From: a virus
Lineage: Duplodnaviria; Caudoviricetes
Reading direction: 5' to 3' (one strand)
DNA length: 52,832 nt
IMG/VR virus record: IMGVR_UViG_3300044708_000049
Span: 1 to 52,832 of that record
A program made the translations under genes and the position numbers. The notes under the pieces were generated by a model. That model was not told the DNA's origin and did not search any database. It saw nothing but the letters and a program-made list of their open reading frames with translations. Positions 8,748-16,883 of the stretch are shown here, in pieces (the first letter of the stretch is position 1; the number at the start of each line of letters is the position of its first letter).

Positions 8748-9110
8748 ATGAAAAACAATCCAGCAAGAGAATTGACAGTAGATGAAGCCCGAGAGAAATT
8801 TCTCCACCATATATGGACAATGATTCAATATTGGGATAAACTTGATGGTCGTAAAAGTAGTCAATCCGAACGACTTCAAGGATTAGCATTCTCATTATTG
8901 GTCGCTCTCGACGGTCAAGCAGCCGATTTACCGGGCTTCAAGGTTATCCCTATCAAGATGTCTGAATCCGATAAGGAATTTCTTAAATCATTGCCTAAAG
9001 ATGATCAATTCCCTCGCCAATGGTTCCCTCATGAAGACATTATCGGTGGAAAGATGCTTCATGACGATTTTTACCACTTTGGCAGAAACAATGGATTTAT
9101 CAAAGATTGA
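8748..9110 (+). CDS. hypothetical phage protein
   Basis: 120 aa ORF, ERLQGLAFSLLVALDG. Confidence 0.75.
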   Translation: MKNNPARELTVDEAREKFLHHIWTMIQYWDKLDGRKSSQSERLQGLAFSLLVALDGQAADLPGFKVIPIKMSESDKEFLKSLPKDDQFPRQWFPHEDIIGGKMLHDDFYHFGRNNGFIKD

Positions 9111-9142
9111 TATTGCCATTTTTGGCAAACGGTGATATATGT

Positions 9143-9165
9143 ATTGGTGTAAGAGTGACACTATT
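9143..9165. promoter_or_regulatory. NrtR-box-like operator (TGGTGT-AAGAGTG-ACACTA)
   Basis: GT-N7-AC imperfect palindrome just after a candidate promoter (TTGCCA 9113, TG-a-TATATG 9133-9141), upstream of the NAD salvage operon. Confidence 0.55.
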
Positions 9166-9219
9166 ATTGATAAGTCGAACTCCTACAGTAGTAAACGCCG
9201 AGATAAAGATAAGGCAATT

Positions 9220-10164
9220 ATGAAAACAAAAAATGAATCAGCAGAAGTAGGCATTTTGGTCGCTAGGTTTCAAGTTCCGGAACTCCACAGCGAACACAAA
9301 AAAATCATCCAACGAGTTATTGACACCCATCCGCGAGTGTTTATTTTCCTTGGTCTTTCCCCTTGTAAATGTACCTATAACAATCCATTGGATTTCGGTA
9401 CACGAAAGGCCATGATTGAGGAATCCTTCCCCAATGTCGAAGTCTTCTACATCGAAGATATGTCAGACGATAGCGCTTGGTCGTCTGAATTAGACAAACA
9501 AATTTCACGTCACCTTGGACCTTCACAGAAGGCTCTACTTTACGGTAGCCGTGACTCCTTCATCCCTCACTACAGCGGCCGCTGGCCGACCGTGGAACTA
9601 ATCCCTGACGTGATTGTTTCAGGTTCCGAGATTCGAAAGATGATTGGTATCAAGTCGAAGAATTCCGCCGCCTTTAGGGCTGGTGTCATTTGGGCAATGG
9701 AGAATCAGTTTCCATCCACCAAGACAACGGTTGATATGGTTATCGTGGATGTTAACGCCGAGAGGGTGTTACTTGGACGAAAACCACATGAAACACTTCA
9801 TCGGTTCATCGGTGGTTTCTCTGAACCGAAAAGTCTTTCTTTCGAAGAAGACGCTAAGAGAGAAGTCATGGAAGAGACGGGTCTTGCCTGTGACGATTTC
9901 AAATACATCGGTAGTACATACATCGACGATTGGAGATACCGAGGCGAACGGGACAAAATCAAAACCTTGTTCTTCATGGCGACCTATATTTTCGGTTCGC
10001 CGAAAGCCAGCGACGACATTGCCGAAGTTCGGTGGTTCTCGTTCGAGGAACTATTGAAAAGCGATGCTGAATTACGTCTTGTGGCGACACACAGACCGCT
10101 ATTGAAAATGCTTCAGCAGAAGTTTTTGATTGATAATCAAAAAGCCGGTGAAGTCTATTCCTAA
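9220..10164 (+). CDS. nadM: bifunctional NMN adenylyltransferase / ADP-ribose Nudix hydrolase (NadM-Nudix)
   Basis: ARFQ..LHSEH, NPL, SGSEIR; Nudix box GGFSE...REVMEETGL, ASDDIAE; start moved to ATG 9220. Confidence 0.9.
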   Translation: MKTKNESAEVGILVARFQVPELHSEHKKIIQRVIDTHPRVFIFLGLSPCKCTYNNPLDFGTRKAMIEESFPNVEVFYIEDMSDDSAWSSELDKQISRHLGPSQKALLYGSRDSFIPHYSGRWPTVELIPDVIVSGSEIRKMIGIKSKNSAAFRAGVIWAMENQFPSTKTTVDMVIVDVNAERVLLGRKPHETLHRFIGGFSEPKSLSFEEDAKREVMEETGLACDDFKYIGSTYIDDWRYRGERDKIKTLFFMATYIFGSPKASDDIAEVRWFSFEELLKSDAELRLVATHRPLLKMLQQKFLIDNQKAGEVYS

Positions 10165-10176
10165 AAGAAAGGAAAT

Positions 10177-10575
10177 ATGAAGAAAGAATTTGTAAGATAC
10201 TCAACAGCCATTATGTTAGTCAGTGGAGATAAACTCTACGTGTCTCAACGTGACAGTCGAAAACTCTATCCTAACTACTGGCAATTCGCCGGTGGTAAGG
10301 TTGACGAAGGCGAAAATCCCGTAGTGGGCGCTCAACGAGAATTACTCGAAGAGACAGGTCTGAATATAAGTTTAGACCGATTACAATACGTAAGCAGCAT
10401 CACAAGAGAAGGTGTATGTTACGTTTATAGGGTGGACCTGAACGAAGGTGAAGTTCCACAACGGACGGAGCCAGATGCTATGGGTGAATGGAAAGCAATG
10501 ACATTGGCGGAGATTCGCCAACTCCCATTGGTGTTACCCGGCATCATTAACGTAGTCGAAAGCCTGATACTCTAA
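10177..10575 (+). CDS. Nudix hydrolase (MutT-like)
   Basis: GGKVDEGENPVVGAQRELLEETGL; AAGGA SD. Confidence 0.92.
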   Translation: MKKEFVRYSTAIMLVSGDKLYVSQRDSRKLYPNYWQFAGGKVDEGENPVVGAQRELLEETGLNISLDRLQYVSSITREGVCYVYRVDLNEGEVPQRTEPDAMGEWKAMTLAEIRQLPLVLPGIINVVESLIL

Positions 10576-10580
10576 ATAAC

Positions 10581-12350
10581 ATGAAAACTTTAACAAGAAA
10601 AACAACAAAGAAAATGAAAACAAATCCAACATACAAAGTCGGCGACAAAGTAAAACTTATTTGTGGCGATAGGGATTATGTAATGTATGGCGGTGGACCT
10701 TACACCATTAGAAAAATCAAGAAGGAAGGAAAGGGACTCAGTTATGAACTTCTCTCCACTTGTGATTCGTGGTGGGAGGAACCTGAGAATTTTATCCCTT
10801 GGGTAGAGGCTGAGCCAGAGGGTCGTAGTCCTGCCGTGGGCAGATATGACAATTATGACACATCCGCAACCACTCCGAGTGTCGTGAAATTGGGAGTGAA
10901 CATGTTGAATAACACGCCACTCAAAACGGATAGTTACAAAATCAACCACTGGAATCAGTATCCTTGGGGGACACAGTTTGTCTATTCCTATTTCGAGAGT
11001 CGTAAAGGCGCCAAGTATCCTGTGACTATACCATTCGGTTTACAGGCTATTTTGTTGAAACATTTCGTCGGCGTTCGAGTCACTAAAGAGATGATTGACC
11101 AAGCAGAAATGCTCATGGAAAAACATTTCGGTAACAAGAAGTATTTCAATCGTGAAGGTTGGGAATACATTCTTAACACCTACGGAGGCAAGTTGCCTTT
11201 ACGTATTCGGGCCGTTCCCGAAGGAACGCCTGTTCCTACCGGCAACGTATTGATGACGGTGGAGAATACGGATGCTAAGTGTTTCTGGCTCACCAATTGG
11301 GCGGAAACTCTTCTCACTCACGTATGGTATCCTTCCACTGTGGCATCATTAAGTCGTTCAGTTAAAAACGACATACGACACTACATGGAAAAGAGTTGTG
11401 ACGATTTGACTTGGTTGAATTTCAAACTTCACGATTTCGGATACCGTGGAACTGAATGTGACGAATCGGCTCAGATTGGTGGCGCCGCTCACTTAATCAA
11501 CTTCGAGGGAACGGATACCATAGCCGCGATGGTGTTTGCTATGTATTACTACAATGCCAACGCTAACACTATCGGTAAGTCGGTAGCGGCTACGGAACAC
11601 AGTATCATGACCAGTCGTGGGCCGGGCGAAGGTGAAGAAATCGTAGTTGAGGATTTACTCAACGAATATTCTGACCCAGAGCAATTCATTGTTCTATCGT
11701 GTGTGGCTGACAGTTTCGACATTGAAAATTTTGTTGAGAACATCATCGGCAAGAAATTCAAGGCGCGAATTCTCGAACGTAATGGTATCTTCGTGGTTCG
11801 ACCTGACAGCGTTCGTGATGCTAACGATACGCCCGAAAAACAGATGGTTTGGATTCTCGAAAGTCTGTGGAAGAGTTTCGGTGGAACCATCAACAAGAAA
11901 GGATTCAAACTCCTTGACCCTCACGTTAAAGCATTGTGGGGTGATGGTATCGACGCTCTTGGTATCTCGAAGATTTGTGATGCCGTAGTTAATGCTGGAT
12001 TCAGTATTGATTGTCTAGCCACATTCGGTATGGGTGGTGGTCTTCTACAGAAGGTCAACCGTGATACTCAGCGGTTCGCTTTCAAGAGTTCGGCTCAGTG
12101 TCGAAACAATCAGTGGATTGACATTTACAAGGAACCCCGAGACAAGAGTAAGGCGAGTAAGAGGGGCAAACTCAAACTGATTCGAACTACTGGGTCTCAT
12201 GGTTCGACCTACGCTACCGTTCCTTTGAGCGCTGAGGGCGACGACATTCTTGAAACAGTATTCGAGAATGGTAATTTGGTCAAGTTCATCACTTTTGATG
12301 AAGTGAGAGCAAATTCCAACGTTAGAACATTGGAGGAAACGATTGTATGA
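10581..12350 (+). CDS. nadV: nicotinamide phosphoribosyltransferase with N-terminal extension
   Basis: TDSYK, YSYFESR, LHDFGYRG, GTDT, ATEHS, VRPDS, GDG, FGMGGGLLQKVNRDTQRFAFK. Confidence 0.96.
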   Translation: MKTLTRKTTKKMKTNPTYKVGDKVKLICGDRDYVMYGGGPYTIRKIKKEGKGLSYELLSTCDSWWEEPENFIPWVEAEPEGRSPAVGRYDNYDTSATTPSVVKLGVNMLNNTPLKTDSYKINHWNQYPWGTQFVYSYFESRKGAKYPVTIPFGLQAILLKHFVGVRVTKEMIDQAEMLMEKHFGNKKYFNREGWEYILNTYGGKLPLRIRAVPEGTPVPTGNVLMTVENTDAKCFWLTNWAETLLTHVWYPSTVASLSRSVKNDIRHYMEKSCDDLTWLNFKLHDFGYRGTECDESAQIGGAAHLINFEGTDTIAAMVFAMYYYNANANTIGKSVAATEHSIMTSRGPGEGEEIVVEDLLNEYSDPEQFIVLSCVADSFDIENFVENIIGKKFKARILERNGIFVVRPDSVRDANDTPEKQMVWILESLWKSFGGTINKKGFKLLDPHVKALWGDGIDALGISKICDAVVNAGFSIDCLATFGMGGGLLQKVNRDTQRFAFKSSAQCRNNQWIDIYKEPRDKSKASKRGKLKLIRTTGSHGSTYATVPLSAEGDDILETVFENGNLVKFITFDEVRANSNVRTLEETIV

Positions 12351-12685
12351 GTTTACTATTCCGAAGCGAACATGAAGGTGAGTGTCAATGTAAAAAATGT
12401 GAGGGCCTTGGTGGTCAAACGGCTTTCAGTAGATTGACTGCTGTCGAAGCGAAACATATCACCAAAAAGGCTCAGACAGTAAACATGGATTCAATCTACG
12501 AACGTATCAGAATGGCTGCTTCAAAGGGTGAAAGTTGTGTAGTTGTTCCTATCAGTGGAGTCGTTCTCAAGTTTATCAGTGGAGTCATTGATAAACTCAA
12601 AGAAGATGGATTCATGGCCGAACATAAATCAGAATTCGACCAAAAGGAGTCGGAAACTTACAACGAACTAATCATAGAATGGTAA
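12347..12685 (+). CDS. hypothetical protein
   Basis: ATGA overlap with nadV; GGAGG SD. Confidence 0.7.
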   Translation: MSLLFRSEHEGECQCKKCEGLGGQTAFSRLTAVEAKHITKKAQTVNMDSIYERIRMAASKGESCVVVPISGVVLKFISGVIDKLKEDGFMAEHKSEFDQKESETYNELIIEW

Positions 12686-12689
12686 TGAT

Positions 12690-12953
12690 ATGAAATATCA
12701 AATTGGATTAGAATGTGGCGGCTTAATGGAATGTGAAGGTTCATGGGAACTACACAATGTCCGTGAAATCGAAGCCGACTCTCTTAACGAGGCAAAAGAC
12801 AAATGGGCTGCCATCACTGCTACTGACCAGTCGGAATTTTGGGATGCTGAAAGGCGTTCTGACTGGGGTTTTCAAGTGATGGAAGTTGATGCCTTCATTA
12901 AAGCCCATGGCAAAATGGGAAGTGTTCATTACGACGAAAGACACCGAGGATAA
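12690..12953 (+). CDS. hypothetical protein
   Basis: Contiguous ORF. Confidence 0.65.
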   Translation: MKYQIGLECGGLMECEGSWELHNVREIEADSLNEAKDKWAAITATDQSEFWDAERRSDWGFQVMEVDAFIKAHGKMGSVHYDERHRG

Positions 12954-12956
12954 AAT

Positions 12957-13292
12957 ATGAATAACATGAAACCGATTAAAGTTTGGGCAATTTACACAAC
13001 TACTAATGAGTGGGGCAACAAAGGCGGCCTTGTCATTGTCACCGACAGTGAAGTTGAGGCCGACAAACACAACGAGGGGGTTGGATGGTACGGTGGTCAG
13101 GGTCATAAAGAAGAACGACTTGCTATTCGAATCGGCAACTCTCCTATACATTTCTTTCTCATTGACGGTGAAGTTGACTATCCAATCAAGTTGAATGAGA
13201 AAATGGGTCTTGCCGAATCCAAAATCAAAAAGAACGCCTTGAAAAAATTGACGGATGTTGAAAAGGCCGTTCTTGGATTGGGGGATGAATGA
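12957..13292 (+). CDS. hypothetical protein
   Basis: GAGG SD; LKKLTDVEKAVLGL C-terminus. Confidence 0.7.
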   Translation: MNNMKPIKVWAIYTTTNEWGNKGGLVIVTDSEVEADKHNEGVGWYGGQGHKEERLAIRIGNSPIHFFLIDGEVDYPIKLNEKMGLAESKIKKNALKKLTDVEKAVLGLGDE

Positions 13293-13939
13293 GTCACCAT
13301 CTTTTCAACAGTAGGATTGACATAGCAGGCGACCTGCCGGAGTTCTCCGAACAACAGATTAAGAATGAACCGATGTTGTTCAATTGTGACTTGAAGACCG
13401 CCAGTGAACTTGGTGGACCTTTGACGAAGGCATTTCTTGAGGCGTTGCCTAATTATTGGAAATGGTCAGATGATATGGTAATAGATAGTCGTGTTCACAT
13501 GCTGAAAAAGGGTTGGTTTCCTTGTATCCCCGGATTTCATCATGATGACGTACCTAGAGAACGGTCTGATGGCCAACCGAATTACATCAAACCATCTTAT
13601 CATTCAGAACATGTATTGGCATTGATTGGGGATTGTTGTCCTACTCAATTTGCCACAGGTCTATCCACCTTCCCCGAAGTCCCTCTCGGTGAAAAATATT
13701 ACAAAGTGTGGCATCCTCTCGTTGTAGAGAAGATTAAGAAAGGCGAACTTCAATCAGTGAATGCTCCAAGTAACAAATTGGTGTATTTCGATTGGCAGAC
13801 GTGGCATCAAGGCGTCCCAGCAATCAAAGACGGCTGGCGTTGGTTTATCCGAGCGTCCCGAAACACAGATAGAAAACCCACAAACGAACTGAGGCGACAA
13901 GTTCAAGTGTATCTTGATATGCCGATGGAAGGGTGGTAA
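13289..13939 (+). CDS. putative 2OG-Fe(II) dioxygenase-like protein
   Basis: PGFHHDD (HxD), distal WHQG, WRWFIRA. Confidence 0.6.
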   Translation: MSHHLFNSRIDIAGDLPEFSEQQIKNEPMLFNCDLKTASELGGPLTKAFLEALPNYWKWSDDMVIDSRVHMLKKGWFPCIPGFHHDDVPRERSDGQPNYIKPSYHSEHVLALIGDCCPTQFATGLSTFPEVPLGEKYYKVWHPLVVEKIKKGELQSVNAPSNKLVYFDWQTWHQGVPAIKDGWRWFIRASRNTDRKPTNELRRQVQVYLDMPMEGW

Positions 13940-13940
13940 A

Positions 13941-14450
13941 ATGAGAGAACACATAAAAGCCTATGGCGTTGCTCCGACATTGAACACTATGAAAATAATC
14001 TTCCTCGACATGGACGGAGTAATGAACAAACATCGGAACTATGAAAATGGTTACGCTGGTATTAGCCCGGACTGTGTAACAAATCTAAACAGTCTCTTGG
14101 ATGAATTTACCGACATGGTAATTGTCGTGTCATCAGCATGGCGATACATCTTTCATGAGAAAGATATGACCCCAAGAGGATTTGAGTATATGTTGTTAAT
14201 CGCTGGGGTGAATTGTAAACATCGTGTTTATGGTTACACTGAACGAGATGAAGTCATCCCGACCCGAGGCGGTCAAATCCTTCACTGGCTCGCCCAACAC
14301 AAGAATTTGAGAATCTCAAAATTTTTGGCCATTGACGACCTTGACCATGATTTTGACAAACTCAATATCCCTCGCCTCAAAACGGAAGCCAAAAATGGAT
14401 TGACAGCCGAAGACGTTCTTAAAGCCAAAGAATATTTCAAATCCACTTGA
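13941..14450 (+). CDS. HAD phosphatase (Swiss-Army-knife RNA repair type)
   Basis: FLDMDGVMN, VSSAWR, RGGQILHWL, LAIDD, GLT. Confidence 0.85.
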   Translation: MREHIKAYGVAPTLNTMKIIFLDMDGVMNKHRNYENGYAGISPDCVTNLNSLLDEFTDMVIVVSSAWRYIFHEKDMTPRGFEYMLLIAGVNCKHRVYGYTERDEVIPTRGGQILHWLAQHKNLRISKFLAIDDLDHDFDKLNIPRLKTEAKNGLTAEDVLKAKEYFKST

Positions 14451-14474
14451 CTTATTATAAAGTTGTGGTAGAGT
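14447..14474 (+). promoter_or_regulatory. repeated early promoter TTGACT-N16-TAGAGT (leaderless)
   Basis: Family member CTTGACTTATTATA...TGTGGTA; 6 nt to ATG. Confidence 0.8.
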
Positions 14475-14480
14475 ATTCGT

Positions 14481-14858
14481 ATGGGTAATTACATTTATAC
14501 ACTGAAAGGACCGAAACACAATGTTTCGGTGAACATCAACGGAACGGTTGAATCTGCCGCCGTTTTGGTTTTCCACTACAAACCCTTGTTTTGGGGAATG
14601 TGGGATAAAAACCCTCGTTGGCAACGTCTTGCCGAGGCTCGGTGCGCTCGGATGGATAACGTATGGGCCAAACACGGTTTTCCCAAATACGTCGTCAACG
14701 CTTTTCAGCATGACGATGGTAAGTTGGACATCATTGGTGGTTCGGTCATGGGATGGGGCCGTGAGAGCGCTTCTATCTGTGACGGCGAAAACGCCTATGA
14801 CAATCTTCCTCGATTTGGTGTAATCAAATCCAAGGTGGGCAAGGTTTATCACCTATGA
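14481..14858 (+). CDS. hypothetical protein
   Basis: ORF after promoter. Confidence 0.75.
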   Translation: MGNYIYTLKGPKHNVSVNINGTVESAAVLVFHYKPLFWGMWDKNPRWQRLAEARCARMDNVWAKHGFPKYVVNAFQHDDGKLDIIGGSVMGWGRESASICDGENAYDNLPRFGVIKSKVGKVYHL

Positions 14859-15316
14859 TGTCCATGTTAATCAACCATTGTTGGTGTTCCGACTCCAATT
14901 GGGGCGGACACTACAATTGTAGGGTTATTGTCACCATTGACCGTATCCACGAAGGGAAAACCTATTACGACCCGCCAACGGTTGACTGGACAAATCTTAT
15001 AAAAAAGGTTGACTTGGAATGGAAAAAGTTTGGTGACGCTCATGCCACTTATCGACTGAAACAAGAAGTCATTGACTGGTTGGCTGTCAACATTCCGATT
15101 CGAAATGGTGAAAAGGGTTGGGCGATAGGAACAGACCAATACAATACAAACGCTGCCATCTCATTCAGTTTGTTCTTTCAGTCGGCTAGAGACGCCCAAC
15201 GATTTATCAAGCGGTGGTCTTCACTTGGTAAGCCTGCCGATAAATTGAACTATTTCTTAGACAAACGATACAAATACAATCCAAAGACAAAGACATTACA
15301 AAGGGCTCCACGATGA
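14855..15316 (+). CDS. hypothetical protein
   Basis: ATGA overlap. Confidence 0.7.
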   Translation: MMSMLINHCWCSDSNWGGHYNCRVIVTIDRIHEGKTYYDPPTVDWTNLIKKVDLEWKKFGDAHATYRLKQEVIDWLAVNIPIRNGEKGWAIGTDQYNTNAAISFSLFFQSARDAQRFIKRWSSLGKPADKLNYFLDKRYKYNPKTKTLQRAPR

Positions 15317-15516
15317 AACTCAAAAAGTTAGAGGCGGAGTTGGATTACGGTGAAGTAGATGATTTGATGGAACTAATCCACCACAAGATAGTAGAACACC
15401 GTGAACTTTCGAACTTACGTTTTGTCATGGGTGAAATCACCAAGGAAAGACATGAGTGGAATCTTGGTCATTCGGAATATTGGGAAAATATCTTCAAGAA
15501 AATCAAAATCAGTTAA
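15313..15516 (+). CDS. hypothetical protein
   Basis: ATGA overlap. Confidence 0.65.
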   Translation: MKLKKLEAELDYGEVDDLMELIHHKIVEHRELSNLRFVMGEITKERHEWNLGHSEYWENIFKKIKIS

Positions 15517-15565
15517 TCTAATTCTTTCAGTAATAAGTTATAAGACAATCTGATTGTTAATAACT

Positions 15566-15621
15566 TTGACCTGTTCTCCATTTTCTGTCATACTGTGACC
15601 GTGATGATTATATGTCATCAC
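15566..15621 (+). promoter_or_regulatory. promoter TTGACC-N17-CATACT followed by inverted repeat GTGATGA-N7-TCATCAC
   Basis: Perfect 7-bp inverted repeat at 15601-15621, at the expected transcription start. Confidence 0.55.
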
Positions 15622-15631
15622 TCATAGTTCT

Positions 15632-15976
15632 ATGACAACACAAACGGTAAATAAACACGATGAATTGTGTGACCAACCGAATTGTGATTACGTGGCTTCT
15701 CATGAAAAGCCCGCAGTCGCACGACGGATGTTAGGTATGCACAAACGTAAGAGACACGGTATTATGGGCCGAGATACAAATCGGTATCGTAAACCGAAAA
15801 AGGTTCGGGAGTCGTATTCCAAGGCTGCCCGAAATGGTGTCAAAATCAAAGAACCTCAAGGTGAGGAAGTCGTGACCATTCCGATAGATATGGTTCCAAA
15901 CTTCTGTTATCACTGTGGAGCGCCTCAAAAAGGTGTAACCGTGAGTAACCTTGCCCACTCGAAACGAAATGCATGA
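15632..15976 (+). CDS. zinc-finger protein (C2H2-like plus CxxC)
   Basis: CDQPNC-x18-HKRKRH; CYHC; very basic. Confidence 0.65.
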   Translation: MTTQTVNKHDELCDQPNCDYVASHEKPAVARRMLGMHKRKRHGIMGRDTNRYRKPKKVRESYSKAARNGVKIKEPQGEEVVTIPIDMVPNFCYHCGAPQKGVTVSNLAHSKRNA

Positions 15977-16296
15977 ATCGTCTTGTCAAATACTCCGATA
16001 AACCTTTCAAGGTAAACGGAGGAATGACAAGGGCGGAACTCAACCAACAAGTTACGTGGTGTGAAGTATCTATCCTATTGAGTCTCGGATTCAGTAACAA
16101 ACACATCATGAGAACGGTAGGCGTTCCTGAACGGTTTATTCAGAAAGTGGTTCGTGAAACCGGCCTCTATCGGAAAAATTACAGAGACGGTGTTTCACCA
16201 ATCGCTCGGTGGGTAACGGATAGGGCCAGTGGGACGGCGCAGAAATACGTCGCCCCTAAACTTCCAAGGTTCACACCGGCTTTGGTAAAGGCATAA
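15973..16296 (+). CDS. putative helix-turn-helix DNA-binding protein
   Basis: LSLGFSNKHIMRTVGVPERFIQKV is HTH-like. Confidence 0.55.
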   Translation: MNRLVKYSDKPFKVNGGMTRAELNQQVTWCEVSILLSLGFSNKHIMRTVGVPERFIQKVVRETGLYRKNYRDGVSPIARWVTDRASGTAQKYVAPKLPRFTPALVKA

Positions 16297-16302
16297 AGCA
16301 AA

Positions 16303-16332
16303 AGGCCATCCTCGAAAGAGGGTGGTCTTTTT
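16303..16332 (+). terminator. rho-independent terminator
   Basis: AGGCCATCCTC-GAAA-GAGGGTGGTCT followed by T-run. Confidence 0.88.
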
Positions 16333-16335
16333 ATA

Positions 16336-16364
16336 TTGACAAGTGACCGCTATGGTGGTATAGT
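16336..16364 (+). promoter_or_regulatory. promoter TTGACA-N17-TATAGT
   Basis: Near consensus with TG extension; 9 nt to ATG 16374. Confidence 0.78.
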
Positions 16365-16373
16365 ATCGGAAGA

Positions 16374-16883
16374 ATGTCACAACCGATTAACATGTCACCG
16401 ATAATCAAATTTCTAACAGGTCAAGGCCCGGACCATCGTGGTCGATATTTTGAAAACATCCTCAAGTGGGATGACTTCTATCTTGAGAAGGGCCACGACT
16501 ACATTCAGTGGATTTTTCCGAGTGACATCCCAAGTCAACATTTTGATGGAGCGCCTGTATTGACGGCGGAAGATATTAAGGAGATGGGAGGCGCCAATCC
16601 CTACACTAGCGAATTGATTCATTTTAACATGAGAACGGCCTTCCATCGTTTCATGGCTTTCTATTTCGAATCTGACTACACAACGCCTCGAACCCGTTGG
16701 CTCACCCCACACGACCACAACTACAAACGACTAACTCGAATCCTCCGTTGTTTGTGGATTTGTGGTATGATGGGTGAATACAATCAACTACAGAAGATTT
16801 TGCTTGAGACGTATCGTGATAACAGTGAAGTCATCGGCGAAACAACATTTCAATATTGGAAGACTGCCAACAAAGGATTATGA
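16374..16883 (+). CDS. opioid growth factor receptor (OGFr)-like domain protein
   Basis: LEKGHDYIQWIFP, APVLT, HNYKRLTRILRCL. Confidence 0.85.
   Translation: MSQPINMSPIIKFLTGQGPDHRGRYFENILKWDDFYLEKGHDYIQWIFPSDIPSQHFDGAPVLTAEDIKEMGGANPYTSELIHFNMRTAFHRFMAFYFESDYTTPRTRWLTPHDHNYKRLTRILRCLWICGMMGEYNQLQKILLETYRDNSEVIGETTFQYWKTANKGL

Noticed and set aside
9139-9219. ORF-track start of NadM-Nudix at 9139
   Set aside because: It overlaps the promoter and operator; the domain begins after ATG 9220.
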